A stretch of DNA of 64,000 nt from Alphaproteobacteria bacterium (GTDB lineage: Bacteria > Pseudomonadota > Alphaproteobacteria > CACZRW01), in the NCBI GenBank assembly GCA_017507765.1, contig JAFWAG010000032.1:87569-151568 (forward strand). The letters are read 5' to 3'. Every line of letters begins with the position of its first letter. Position 1 is the first letter of the stretch. A program made the translations under genes and the position numbers. Below the pieces are notes generated by a model, which was given only the letters and a program-made list of their open reading frames with translations, was not told where the DNA came from and ran no database searches. Shown here one piece after another: positions 38,893-48,833 of this stretch.

Positions 38893-39606
38893 GTGCAAAA
38901 GAATAAAGCTTCTTTACCGAATATCGTAGAGTTTGAAGACGTAGGACTTCGTTACGGACAGGGGCCGGAAGTTTTAAAGGATATACGCTTTTCTTTGGCG
39001 CCGGGGTCTTTCCATTTTCTGACCGGAGAAAGCGGTGCGGGAAAGACTTCTTTGCTTAGCTTGATGTATCTTGCCAACAGTCCTACCCGTGGAAGGCTTA
39101 GCCTTTTTGATACCGATGTTAATGAGGAAAATCGTAAAAAGTTTCCCGAAATACGCCGGAATATCGGAGTCGTGTTTCAAGACTTCCGCTTGCTTGACCA
39201 TTTAACGGCGCAGGAAAATGTGGCTCTGCCGTTGCGGGTCATGGGAATTAAAGAACTGGAAATTAAACGCCATGTAAACGAGCTTTTAAGCTGGGTTGGC
39301 TTGGAAGATCATATCAACGCAAAGCCTCCTACTCTTGCCGGCGGACAAAAGCAAAGGGTCGCCATTGCCAGAGCGCTAATAAACCGCCCGAAACTTTTAT
39401 TGGCAGACGAACCGACCGGAAACGTCGATGACCGTATCGCAACCAGACTTTTACGCTTGTTTATCGAGCTTAATAAAATCGGCACTACCGTTGTTATTGC
39501 AACGCATAACGAAGGGCTAATCGAACGCTTCCCCTTCCCAAGAATCCATTTAAGTTCGGGACGCTTGAAAATCCTCCCTTCGGCAAAAATGTCCGGTATC
39601 AAATAG
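38893..39606 (+). CDS. ftsE: Cell division ABC transporter ATP-binding protein FtsE
   Basis: 237 aa with Walker A GESGAGKTS, signature LAGGQKQRVAIA, and Walker B LLLADEP. Confidence 0.9.
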   Translation: MQKNKASLPNIVEFEDVGLRYGQGPEVLKDIRFSLAPGSFHFLTGESGAGKTSLLSLMYLANSPTRGRLSLFDTDVNEENRKKFPEIRRNIGVVFQDFRLLDHLTAQENVALPLRVMGIKELEIKRHVNELLSWVGLEDHINAKPPTLAGGQKQRVAIARALINRPKLLLADEPTGNVDDRIATRLLRLFIELNKIGTTVVIATHNEGLIERFPFPRIHLSSGRLKILPSAKMSGIK

Positions 39607-39622
39607 GAAAAGGAATATCCGA

Positions 39623-40531
39623 ATGCTTATCTTTAAAAAGTATACCCAGAATCTTCCTTTTGCTTATGACACTTCCAGTCTTTTCCTGCCTTGGATAATG
39701 ATGCTGATGGTGTTCTTGGCCTCTTTGACTATGGCGGGGTCTTTGGCGGTTAATAATATGACCGAACACTGGAACTCTTCCATTGCCGGTTCTTTGACCG
39801 TACAGGTTATGCCTTCTTCGGTTAAAGCCGCCGGAAATATGCTAGATAACACTATGGCAGAAGTCGACCGTGCCGTTGCCGTCTTAAAACAAGCCAAGGG
39901 AATAAAAGATGTACGGGTTCTGAGTGATGCCGAACTTGGAAAGCTGCTTGAACCGTGGTTGGGAAATATTGATTTGCAAGATGACATTCCCGTTCCTCGG
40001 TTGATTGATGTCAAAATAAATATGGCAGAAAATGTTGATTTCCCAAAATTGAAAGACGAACTTGCAAAGTATGCACCTAATGCTTCGCTGGATATTCACC
40101 GAGTCTGGCTAGCAAAACTGATGTCTTTGGCGGCAACTTTAAACTTCCTTGCTTGGGTGGTTATGATGTTGGCGTTGGTTACTACCGCCGTAACCGTAAT
40201 GTATGCAACCTTTACCAGTTTGGAAGTACATCGGCCGGCGATAGAGCTGTTACATCTTATCGGCGCTCGTGATGCTTATATATCATTGCTGTTTTCCCGC
40301 CGGACGCTGACCTTTAGTTTCGGAGGAGCGCTTGTCGGTATGCTGCTTGCCATTCCTTTAATCATAATTATCGGAACTATGGCCGCAGGATTGGAAGGCG
40401 GAGTGCTTGCTAATGCCAGTCTTTCCGCTTTGCAATGGTTGTTAATCGCTGCTTTGCCTTTTGCCGCCGCAATATTGTCCGGTTTTACGGCGTTCTTAAC
40501 TGTCGGATTTAAATTAAAGCGTACTATGTAA
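39623..40531 (+). CDS. ftsX: Cell division permease-like protein FtsX
   Basis: 302 aa with one N-terminal TM, a periplasmic domain and 3 C-terminal TMs. It lies directly after ftsE. Confidence 0.85.
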   Translation: MLIFKKYTQNLPFAYDTSSLFLPWIMMLMVFLASLTMAGSLAVNNMTEHWNSSIAGSLTVQVMPSSVKAAGNMLDNTMAEVDRAVAVLKQAKGIKDVRVLSDAELGKLLEPWLGNIDLQDDIPVPRLIDVKINMAENVDFPKLKDELAKYAPNASLDIHRVWLAKLMSLAATLNFLAWVVMMLALVTTAVTVMYATFTSLEVHRPAIELLHLIGARDAYISLLFSRRTLTFSFGGALVGMLLAIPLIIIIGTMAAGLEGGVLANASLSALQWLLIAALPFAAAILSGFTAFLTVGFKLKRTM

Positions 40532-41091
40532 TGAAAAAAATTATCTGTTTTACCGGAATTGCTTTATTAACCGCTTGGATTGTCGGCTTTACAGCCTTTG
40601 CCAAGTATGTCCAAGCCTTGCTTCCCGATGATACAGTTAAAGCCGATGCGATTGTTGTGTTAACCGGAGGCTCGGAAAGAATTGCTACCGCCGCCGAACT
40701 GTTTAAACAAAATTGCGCAAAGAAAATGTTTATATCCGGAGTCGGCGGAGGCGCAAAGCTGAAAGCAATGACCGGAACCCACATAATCCCCGAAGATAAA
40801 AAAGGCTTTATCGTCTTGGGCAGAGAAGCCGAAAACACCAAAGAAAATGCCTCGGAAACCGCAGAGTGGATAAAAAAAGAAGGTTTTAATTCCTTGCTTT
40901 TGGTAACGGCAGCGTATCATATGCCCCGAAGCATTTTTGAATTCAAAAAAAATATGCCGGAAGTAACGATTATTCCTTATCCCGTATATCCTCAAGCCGT
41001 TCAAAACGATAACAAAATCGCTTTTAAATGGCTGTTTATTGAATATAATAAGTTTATTGTTGCGGTATTGTGGTCTTGGATACGAGGATAA
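40531..41091 (+). CDS. YdcF/DUF218-family protein
   Basis: 186 aa with an N-terminal TM and the motif IVVLTGGSERIATAAELF...ISGVG. Confidence 0.65.
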   Translation: MKKIICFTGIALLTAWIVGFTAFAKYVQALLPDDTVKADAIVVLTGGSERIATAAELFKQNCAKKMFISGVGGGAKLKAMTGTHIIPEDKKGFIVLGREAENTKENASETAEWIKKEGFNSLLLVTAAYHMPRSIFEFKKNMPEVTIIPYPVYPQAVQNDNKIAFKWLFIEYNKFIVAVLWSWIRG

Positions 41092-41092
41092 G

Positions 41093-41803
41093 ATGTTATT
41101 TATACGTTCTTTGCTTTTTACTTCTTTTTTAATTTCAGATACTTTCTTAACCTGCTTTTTTGGCTTGTTCCTTTTGCCTTTTCCCAGCCGCTATGCTGTA
41201 AAGAACGCTCATTTCTGGTCGAAAAGAATTATCCTTGGCGCAAGATACATTTTAGGGTTAAAGCTGATTATCAAAGGAGCCGAACTGTTACCTAAAGACG
41301 GCGGATATATCATAGCCTGTAAACATCAATCTGCCTTTGATACCACTATCTTTCACAGCTTTATCCCAGAGCCGATTATGATATTTAAAAAGGAACTTAC
41401 CTATGTTCCGTTAATCCGGCAGCAACTTTTAAAAACCGGCTGTATCCCCGTTGACAGAAAGGGAGGAACTACGGCTATGCGGGCAATGTTTGCGGAAGCC
41501 AAAGAAAAATTGTCCTCCGGAAAAAGCATCGTCATATTTCCCGAAGGAACCAGAACTGCTCCGGGGACAACAACGGTATATAATCCGGGAGTGGCTTTGC
41601 TTTACGAAAAGTGCAATGTACCCGTATTTCCGGCGGCAATAAACTCCGGATACTTTTGGCCGCGCAATTCATTTACCAAAAAACCCGGTACGGTCGTTTT
41701 GGAAATTATGCCTGCTTTGCCGGCAGGGCTTGGTAAAAAAGAGTTCTTGGCCGAACTGCAAAATGACATTGAAACCACAATGAAGACTTTGCCGACTTCT
41801 TAA
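41093..41803 (+). CDS. plsC: 1-acyl-sn-glycerol-3-phosphate acyltransferase
   Basis: HxxxxD motif (CKHQSAFD) and the FPEGTR motif. I prefer the ATG at 41093, immediately after the previous stop, over 41039. Confidence 0.85.
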   Translation: MLFIRSLLFTSFLISDTFLTCFFGLFLLPFPSRYAVKNAHFWSKRIILGARYILGLKLIIKGAELLPKDGGYIIACKHQSAFDTTIFHSFIPEPIMIFKKELTYVPLIRQQLLKTGCIPVDRKGGTTAMRAMFAEAKEKLSSGKSIVIFPEGTRTAPGTTTVYNPGVALLYEKCNVPVFPAAINSGYFWPRNSFTKKPGTVVLEIMPALPAGLGKKEFLAELQNDIETTMKTLPTS

Positions 41804-44094
41804 AAGCCTCGGGTAAAGTTGCCCTGTACCGAGTCTTTTACATCTTTTCCAGCAACAAGAGTGCGCCAAATATCCGCAACTTCCGATGCTTTGTACGGAC
41901 GGAGAATAAAATCTGCCCGCAGGAAAGCCGCTCCGGTTTCTTTGGCTCCGGCCGCCAAACAAAGCGGACGTTCGCCAATGACATAAGTTCTGCCGTCTTT
42001 GGTTAATTTGCGGAAAGAACCGTCCGAAGAACGCAACGGCTGACAGTTACCTTCTCCGGTGTCCGTCTCGCTGATAAATAAAGGCGTGTCTTGATACATG
42101 ATAAAGGTGCTATAGGCGCCGAAACTTTTGGTAATCTTAGTAATATTTTCCAAAGAATCTTCCGGCGAGAGAGTAAAACGCGAGGCCTTTAAATCAAGTA
42201 ATTCGGCTGCGCTTTCCCTGTTTATGACATACAAAGACCAATCAGCCGTAAAATCAATATCGGCAAGCGGAAGCATCTTTAATGCTCCGACATTACTGAT
42301 TTCCCACTTCTTATATCCTTTGTTCAGCATCGTGCGGATAAAGTAAGCCGTCTTGTCATTTTCCCAATAACGGCACAGCGGCGGCAAGGATATGCGGATT
42401 TTATCCTGCCCGAATTGAGCGGCAGCAGAATCAATATCGGCAATAGAACCGGAAACAATAACTTCAAAAATCCCTGCCGCATCTTCCGTGCTTAATTCCG
42501 CCAGAGAAGAAACATTATCCGTCTTTAAAATATAATGTCGGCTTTGGGCGGGAAAGTCCGGATAGCTGAGGCTGATTTGCTTTGCCGGAGGCAGAGAAGA
42601 CTGCGTATAAACCTGACGGCGCAAATCGTTTAAAAGCGATACCGGAACAAACAACTCGTTGGGATTAGTATAGCTGAACTCGTTTAAAACAAACGGAGTG
42701 TCTCCAGTCTTGGCAAAAGCGGTAAAAGCCGCTTCCCTTAACGCCCCCTTATGAGTGGCAGGGGAAAAATGCTCTGCAAGCTCTGCTTTGCCACCCAAAG
42801 AAGATTCCGCAATTACTCTATCTTCTGAGACGGTTAAAGTTACATCTATCGGTGTGCGTTTTTTATACAAAGAAGCTTTGGGCTTTGGGTAGCCGTAAGC
42901 ACCCTTAACTCCGCTAGAAGAAGATATATAAATGGCTGAACGTTCCGGAATATAGGGGTGGTCAGCCGGAAGCTTTAGCCAAATTGCTTTGCCTGCTTCG
43001 GCAGTCATGCGAGGGCGGGATTTTCCGTCCTGCATACTTTCAATGGCAAAGCCATACGGCTTTTCACTGCCCGGAACATCAATTTGAATGCCGTCATGAA
43101 GACCAATGGAAACAACAGGAACAATCTGGATATAATCTGCACCGTCTTTCACCGAAAGCTTTGCCAATACTCCGGTGAACAATCCTCTGTGTCCGACAAA
43201 ATCATTATCGGTTACATCTTGGTTCTTGCGGGAATTAAGGTAAAGATGCGTCCATGGACGGGCAAAAATCATCTGCATATTTTTTTCTTTTTCCGCAGAT
43301 TTAATACCGGTGTCGACTAAATTACGGTAAAAGTCCGTTACCGCCGCAACATATAAGGCATTCTTTTTTCGGCCTTCGATTTTTAATGCGCTGACGTTAG
43401 TGCCAAGAAGTTTTAAAACTTCCTCTTTCTGAGCCAAATCCTTCATCGAAAATAAGTGGGAAGATGATGTTCCCTCGGAAGAATAAGCCTTGCGACACGG
43501 GTATAAACAACGTCCCCGATTAGCACTGCGCCCCGAAGTCAGAGAGGAAAAAAGGCATAATCCGCTGTAGCAATAACATAAAGCACCGTGGATAAAGACT
43601 TCGGTCTCTATGCCTTCAAGGTTCGATATTTCCCGTATTTCTTCCAACGTAAGTTCACGGGCAAGGACTACTCTTTTAAAGCCCATATCCCGTAATGCTT
43701 CTGCGCCGGCTCGGTTATGAACTGCCATTTGCGTACTGCCATGCAACCGTAAAGACGGAAAATGTTTGCGCACCAAACGACCAAGGCCAATATCTTGGAC
43801 AATTACCGAGTCTATGCCTATTTCTTCGGCAAACGCTAAAATATCCAAGACCGCCGATTTTTCCCTTTCACAAATCAACGTGTTTAAAGCCAGAAAAACT
43901 TTCTTGCCTTCGGAATGGGCAAAGCCCGTAAAACTGCTTAATTCTTCTTCCTGAAAGTTAACGGCACCCGCTCGAGCGGAAAACTTCGGCAAGCCAAGGT
44001 AAACCGCATCGGCTCCGTAATGTAAAGCCGCATAGCCTGCTTCGATGTCTCCCGCCGGAGACAAAAGCTGTATCTTTTCTTTGTTGTTAACCAT
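41800..44094 (-). CDS. Peptidase U32 family protein (long form with C-terminal extension)
   Basis: 764 aa with the U32 signature EVFIHGALCYCYSGLCLFSSLTSGRSANRGRCLYPCR. Confidence 0.8.
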   Translation of the reverse strand: MVNNKEKIQLLSPAGDIEAGYAALHYGADAVYLGLPKFSARAGAVNFQEEELSSFTGFAHSEGKKVFLALNTLICEREKSAVLDILAFAEEIGIDSVIVQDIGLGRLVRKHFPSLRLHGSTQMAVHNRAGAEALRDMGFKRVVLARELTLEEIREISNLEGIETEVFIHGALCYCYSGLCLFSSLTSGRSANRGRCLYPCRKAYSSEGTSSSHLFSMKDLAQKEEVLKLLGTNVSALKIEGRKKNALYVAAVTDFYRNLVDTGIKSAEKEKNMQMIFARPWTHLYLNSRKNQDVTDNDFVGHRGLFTGVLAKLSVKDGADYIQIVPVVSIGLHDGIQIDVPGSEKPYGFAIESMQDGKSRPRMTAEAGKAIWLKLPADHPYIPERSAIYISSSSGVKGAYGYPKPKASLYKKRTPIDVTLTVSEDRVIAESSLGGKAELAEHFSPATHKGALREAAFTAFAKTGDTPFVLNEFSYTNPNELFVPVSLLNDLRRQVYTQSSLPPAKQISLSYPDFPAQSRHYILKTDNVSSLAELSTEDAAGIFEVIVSGSIADIDSAAAQFGQDKIRISLPPLCRYWENDKTAYFIRTMLNKGYKKWEISNVGALKMLPLADIDFTADWSLYVINRESAAELLDLKASRFTLSPEDSLENITKITKSFGAYSTFIMYQDTPLFISETDTGEGNCQPLRSSDGSFRKLTKDGRTYVIGERPLCLAAGAKETGAAFLRADFILRPYKASEVADIWRTLVAGKDVKDSVQGNFTRGF

Positions 44095-44965
44095 AAAAAG
44101 TTACCGTTCCCTGTAATGACGACATTTCTACCATAGAGCCAATGGGAAGAACCATAGTGTTCGGGTGATGTCCGTAATTAAAATCCGTAATCACCGGACA
44201 GGGAAGCTGTTGCCCGTATTCGTTAATAATATCCCGCCACTTTTCCGGTTCGGATACGCCGTCTGCACATTGATAAAAACTGCCGAAAATTACGCCACTT
44301 ACCTTGGCAAAAACTCCCGCTTGCAACAAATGACGCAGCATACGGTCAATCTTGTAGGGCTTTTCTCCAACGTCTTCCAAAAGCAAAATATTGCCGCTTA
44401 GTTCCGGAAGATACGGCGTTCCCAAAAGATGCGAAAAAACCGTTAAATTGCCGCCGATTAAATGGCCGGAAGCAACACCTTTGCGCAGAAAGTTCTGATG
44501 CGAAAGAACCAACGGAACTTGATTTAAACAATGCTCTAACGTCCGCATGGTTTCTGCCTCTATCGGGGAACGGAGAATAAGTCCGCTGTAACTTTCCAAG
44601 CCGGTTTTGGCAAAGACAGCATTGTTTAAAGCCGTAATATCGCTATGCCCGAAAAAAGGTTTCGGGTAATCTTGGAAAAGGCGAAAATCTAAGATGTCCA
44701 AAAGACGAGAGGAACCATATCCTCCTCGAATACAGAAAACCGCACCGATTTCCGAGTCTTTAAAAACTCTTTCAAGTTCGTCGGCACGCTCGGCGTCCGT
44801 TCCGGCAAGGTAGGAGTCCGGATTGATTACATAATCCCCGACAACCGGCTGTAACCCCAAACTTTTTACGGTGGCTATGGCGGTTTTAACTTCTGCCTCG
44901 CTTACCGGACTTGCCGGACAGATAAGCGCAGCCTTGGAACCGGCTTTAATCTTCCATGGTTTCAT
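44087..44965 (-). CDS. ldcA: LD-carboxypeptidase (peptidase S66, LdcA-like)
   Basis: GHSDITAL nucleophile motif and S66-like length. I prefer Met 44965 (MKPWKIKAGSKAALICPASP) over the track start 45058. This gives a 20-nt overlap with the upstream ligase gene. Confidence 0.75.
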   Translation of the reverse strand: MKPWKIKAGSKAALICPASPVSEAEVKTAIATVKSLGLQPVVGDYVINPDSYLAGTDAERADELERVFKDSEIGAVFCIRGGYGSSRLLDILDFRLFQDYPKPFFGHSDITALNNAVFAKTGLESYSGLILRSPIEAETMRTLEHCLNQVPLVLSHQNFLRKGVASGHLIGGNLTVFSHLLGTPYLPELSGNILLLEDVGEKPYKIDRMLRHLLQAGVFAKVSGVIFGSFYQCADGVSEPEKWRDIINEYGQQLPCPVITDFNYGHHPNTMVLPIGSMVEMSSLQGTVTFYG

Positions 44966-46343
44966 TCTCCGTATCCTTTCCTTTGTTCGGGCTTTCAACC
45001 GCCTGTAATATAAGGCGGGCAAAATCAGAAAGTGTATCGTCTCTGGCACCCATAACAACTATCCGGTCGCCGGCTCGAGCCTTAGCCATAATCATGCCAA
45101 GCATATCCGCTCTGGAAGGTACTACCTGCGCATTCAAACCTTTTTCCAGTAACGGACCGGCAATATCCGCCGAAGAAATATCTCTGGATACCGAGCCGCC
45201 GGCGTAAAATATTTCGCTGAACAACAAAATATCATTCTTATCCAAATAAGAAGCAAAAGCGTTGATTAACCCCTCTTTCATCAAGCGGGTGGGCGCAAAA
45301 CCATGCGGCTGATATATAACCCATAAACGCCCCAAAGATTCTTTTAACGCAGATAAAGATGCTTCTATCTTCGCCGGATTATGGGCAAAGTCATCAATGA
45401 CGGTTATATCGTTACCGGTTCCGACGGTTTCCAAACGACGGTGAACACCTTTGTATGAATAAAGAGCTTTGGCTGAAACCTCCCGCGGGATTCCAAGCAT
45501 ATCCGCAACGCCTATCGCAGCCAGAGCGTTCGCTATATTGTGCTTGCCGATAACCTTTAATTCAAAGCGGGTATCATCAATCGTAAAAGACGAACCGCCC
45601 TCGATTAAACAAATATTCGCCGCTTTTATATCTGCGTCTTCTTTGCCGGTCAGAGAAAACGTTAAAACATTGCTGTTATAGCCTTTAAGGTTAAAAGCTT
45701 CCGGACAATCCGCATTTAAAACTGCTCCGACCGATGCCGTGGAAACAAAATCTTTAAACAGTTTTCTTAACTCTGCCAAAGGCTTATGATCCAAGGTAAT
45801 ATTGTTCACTACTGCTACAGACGGACGGTAAAACTCTATGCTGCCATCGCTTTCGTCCGCTTCAATCACGCCAAAACCGCCGGAACCAAGAATGACATTC
45901 GAACCTTCGTTCAGCATTATACCGCCGTTGATAACCGTCGGAGAAAGACCCGCAACATTTAAAATATGCCCAGTCATAGCCGTAACCGTTGTCTTTCCAC
46001 TAGTTCCGCCTATGGCTATACCGTTATAAGAAGATAATATATCTGCCAAAACCTGAGCGCGGGTTTTAATGGTAAGACCTTCTTCCTTGGCTTTGATAAC
46101 ATCGGGAATGCTGTCTTCTATGGCCGAAGAAACTACAAAGATATCAATGCTGTTATCAACGCCGGAGCCGTCTTGGGGAAAGATGCCGACACCATTTTTT
46201 TGAAAGTCTGCGCATAAGGCAAGATTCTTACCCATATCAAAGTTACGGTCAGAGCCAGATATATCATGTCCGGCTGCCAATAAAACTTTGGCAATCGCAC
46301 TCATGCCGCTTCCGCCTATGCCACAGAAAAAATATTTCTTCAT
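44946..46343 (-). CDS. MurC-family UDP-N-acetylmuramate ligase (MurC or Mpl-type; not resolved)
   Basis: 465 aa with motifs GIGGSGMSAIAKVL...ISGSD, GGTSGKTTVTAM, EADESDGS and DDFAHNP. By eye the sequence is closer to MurC. However, it lies outside any dcw cluster and is translationally coupled to ldcA, which is the context expected for the recycling ligase Mpl. Confidence 0.8.
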   Translation of the reverse strand: MKKYFFCGIGGSGMSAIAKVLLAAGHDISGSDRNFDMGKNLALCADFQKNGVGIFPQDGSGVDNSIDIFVVSSAIEDSIPDVIKAKEEGLTIKTRAQVLADILSSYNGIAIGGTSGKTTVTAMTGHILNVAGLSPTVINGGIMLNEGSNVILGSGGFGVIEADESDGSIEFYRPSVAVVNNITLDHKPLAELRKLFKDFVSTASVGAVLNADCPEAFNLKGYNSNVLTFSLTGKEDADIKAANICLIEGGSSFTIDDTRFELKVIGKHNIANALAAIGVADMLGIPREVSAKALYSYKGVHRRLETVGTGNDITVIDDFAHNPAKIEASLSALKESLGRLWVIYQPHGFAPTRLMKEGLINAFASYLDKNDILLFSEIFYAGGSVSRDISSADIAGPLLEKGLNAQVVPSRADMLGMIMAKARAGDRIVVMGARDDTLSDFARLILQAVESPNKGKDTENETMED

Positions 46344-46481
46344 CTTTATCCCTATGTAAAAACTATTCGTTTATTTTATTGCTTCTTTATATACGGGCAA
46401 AGTTAAAAAAAGGTGTCAATTTACTTAAAAATAAGCTATAACTTGAAAAGTAAAAAGTAAACCGCAGGGAGATTTTTAAAT

Positions 46482-46976
46482 ATGCGCTTACTCTTGGCCG
46501 TTCTTATCGGGGTGTTTGCTTCCGGTTCTTTATACGCACAGACTGCCATGACGGGAAGTTATGGTAAAGCAACTTCGCAAAATCAAGTTACGGCTAGGTC
46601 GGCAGCAAGTACCGCTACGGCTAATCGTACGCCTCAGGTGGCTGTCTTCTTTGACGACTTCAGCGTGAAAAAAACTCTTGCTGGGCAGATTTTCTGCCAG
46701 ATGACTTTTTATGTGAAAAATGATTCCAATATGCAAATTGATGCGTTGGTAACAGATATAAAATGGCCGGGAATCTCTACGAACCTTAACTTTGAAAATA
46801 TACCTCCTAAAGAGGTAAAAAGCTTGCGTTATGCTTTGGTCGGACCCGGTTGCTATACAATGGGAGAAGCTCCAACTCTTAATATTTCATCTTGCTTGAT
46901 GAGGTCTTGGAATAAAGACGGAAAGGTTGTGGACGTTCCCAATAATATTTGCAAAAACATGGTGGCTTTTCGTTAA
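46482..46976 (+). CDS. Hypothetical secreted protein
   Basis: 164 aa with signal peptide MRLLLAVLIGVFASGSLYA and 4 Cys. I recognised no family. Confidence 0.5.
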   Translation: MRLLLAVLIGVFASGSLYAQTAMTGSYGKATSQNQVTARSAASTATANRTPQVAVFFDDFSVKKTLAGQIFCQMTFYVKNDSNMQIDALVTDIKWPGISTNLNFENIPPKEVKSLRYALVGPGCYTMGEAPTLNISSCLMRSWNKDGKVVDVPNNICKNMVAFR

Positions 46977-46982
46977 TAGCTT

Positions 46983-48815
46983 ATGATGAAAAACTCTTTT
47001 TACCGTAAATATTTTGCGGCTTGGATTTTTATGTTCTGGGCTTTTTTGGTGCTTTGTTCGCCGGTAAAGGCAATGGAGGAAAGCTCTTTAAACCCAATTA
47101 CCGATACATATAAAATCCTGTCGCCCGAAGATGTTAAAAATTACCGGCAAATATATAATCTGCAGGAAAAAGAACGCTGGGCAGAAGCAGATAAAGTTAT
47201 TAAACGCATCGATAACAAAATCTTGATGGGCTATGTTTTAAAACAGCGTTACCTTACCTCCGCCACTTGGAAAACAAAGAAAAAAGAAGCCGAAAATTGG
47301 CTGAAGAATTATGCTGACCACCCTTTTGCCGGAAAAATGTATGATTTGGGAAAGAAAAAAGGCGCACAGTATAATTTTAAACGACCGAAAGATATTGATA
47401 ATATTCCTGCCGGTTCATGCAGTTCTTATGTGGCGGCAAATCCTACGGATATTATTAACAACCGCTCCTTTAATCATTTAAGCAAAGAAAAAGCGGCGGC
47501 GGCAAGAAAGCTGATGAAAAGAATCCATATTGCCATAAACCGAGGAAAAACTCTGATTGCTTTTAATTACATAAACAGTAAAGAGGCAAAACAATTATTC
47601 CGTCCCAGAGATATTGATGCGGCAAAAATCGCTTTGGCTTTTCTTTATTTTACCGATTTAAGAGATGATAAAGCTTTGGAGCTTATCGAACCGGCGGCGG
47701 CTCGTTCCGGACATTTGTATCCGATAGCCAACTGGGTGGCAGGATTGGTTTATTGGCGGGTGGAAGAATATGAAAATGCCCGTAAGAGTTTTGAAGCGGC
47801 GGCTTTGAACTCTAAATCAAAGCCGGCTTTGCGGTCGGCGAGTGCTTATTGGGCGGCACGGGCAAATACCAAATTAGGCAACAATTATGAAGCAAGAGAG
47901 TTTTTAACCTTAGCCTCTGCTTCTCCACGTTATTTTTATGGGATTTTGGCTCGCCGTTCTTTGGGTGAAGACATTGAACATTCTTGGATAAAGCCGGAAG
48001 ACAGCGGAGCCGATGAAGAACAATTGCTTGCCAAACCGGCAGTGAAAAGAGCTTTGGCTTTGTTTCAGCTGGGAATGGATAAACAGGCCGAAGACGAGTT
48101 CTTAAACTTCTATGTAAAAACCAATGAAACCAACCGCCGAGGATTACTGGATTTTGCCGAAGATAATGATTTGACCGATTTATCATCAGCTATGGTAAGC
48201 ATCACCGGACAAGTTGAAAGCTCGGAAAAAGCGAATAAAAAAGGTGCTTATCCTGCGCCGAACTGGAAGCCTACCAACGGTTGGAAAGTCGAAAAAGCGT
48301 TGGCGTATTCCTTTGTCCGCCAAGAATCTTGTTTTAACAATAAAGCGATGAGCTCTGCCGGTGCCAGAGGCTTGATGCAGCTTATGCCTGCTACGGCTAA
48401 AGAAACCGCTCGTTCATTAGGTCTGGAATGGAGCCAGAAAAAACTTTTTGAACCGGCGTATAACTTGGAACTTGGTCAGTCATATATTTTAAAACTTGCC
48501 CAAGACCGCTTTATTAACCGTAACCTTATCTTCCTTGCCGTGGCTTATAACTCCGGTCCCGGAAATCTTTATAAATGGTCACGCCGCATGGATTATAAAG
48601 AAGACCCGCTGTTGTTCATGGAAAGCATTCCTTCAAAAGAAACCAGAACTTTCGTGGAAAGAATCCTTGGCAACTATTGGATTTATTCCAGCCTGTTCGC
48701 TTCGGGTGGTATTGATAGTCTGGATCAGATTATTGACGGGGAATGGCCGATTTATTCTCCGAGCAGCGAATTCAGCGTCTTCTTAATTAAAAACAGGAAA
48801 ATCGCCGCTCAATAA
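46983..48815 (+). CDS. slt: Soluble lytic murein transglycosylase (Slt70-like)
   Basis: 610 aa with a signal peptide, a long helical N-domain, and the C-terminal SLT motif FVRQESCFNNKAMSSAGARGLMQLMPATA...AYNSGPGN. Confidence 0.85.
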   Translation: MMKNSFYRKYFAAWIFMFWAFLVLCSPVKAMEESSLNPITDTYKILSPEDVKNYRQIYNLQEKERWAEADKVIKRIDNKILMGYVLKQRYLTSATWKTKKKEAENWLKNYADHPFAGKMYDLGKKKGAQYNFKRPKDIDNIPAGSCSSYVAANPTDIINNRSFNHLSKEKAAAARKLMKRIHIAINRGKTLIAFNYINSKEAKQLFRPRDIDAAKIALAFLYFTDLRDDKALELIEPAAARSGHLYPIANWVAGLVYWRVEEYENARKSFEAAALNSKSKPALRSASAYWAARANTKLGNNYEAREFLTLASASPRYFYGILARRSLGEDIEHSWIKPEDSGADEEQLLAKPAVKRALALFQLGMDKQAEDEFLNFYVKTNETNRRGLLDFAEDNDLTDLSSAMVSITGQVESSEKANKKGAYPAPNWKPTNGWKVEKALAYSFVRQESCFNNKAMSSAGARGLMQLMPATAKETARSLGLEWSQKKLFEPAYNLELGQSYILKLAQDRFINRNLIFLAVAYNSGPGNLYKWSRRMDYKEDPLLFMESIPSKETRTFVERILGNYWIYSSLFASGGIDSLDQIIDGEWPIYSPSSEFSVFLIKNRKIAAQ

Positions 48816-48833
48816 TTTATGTCTTCAATATGT

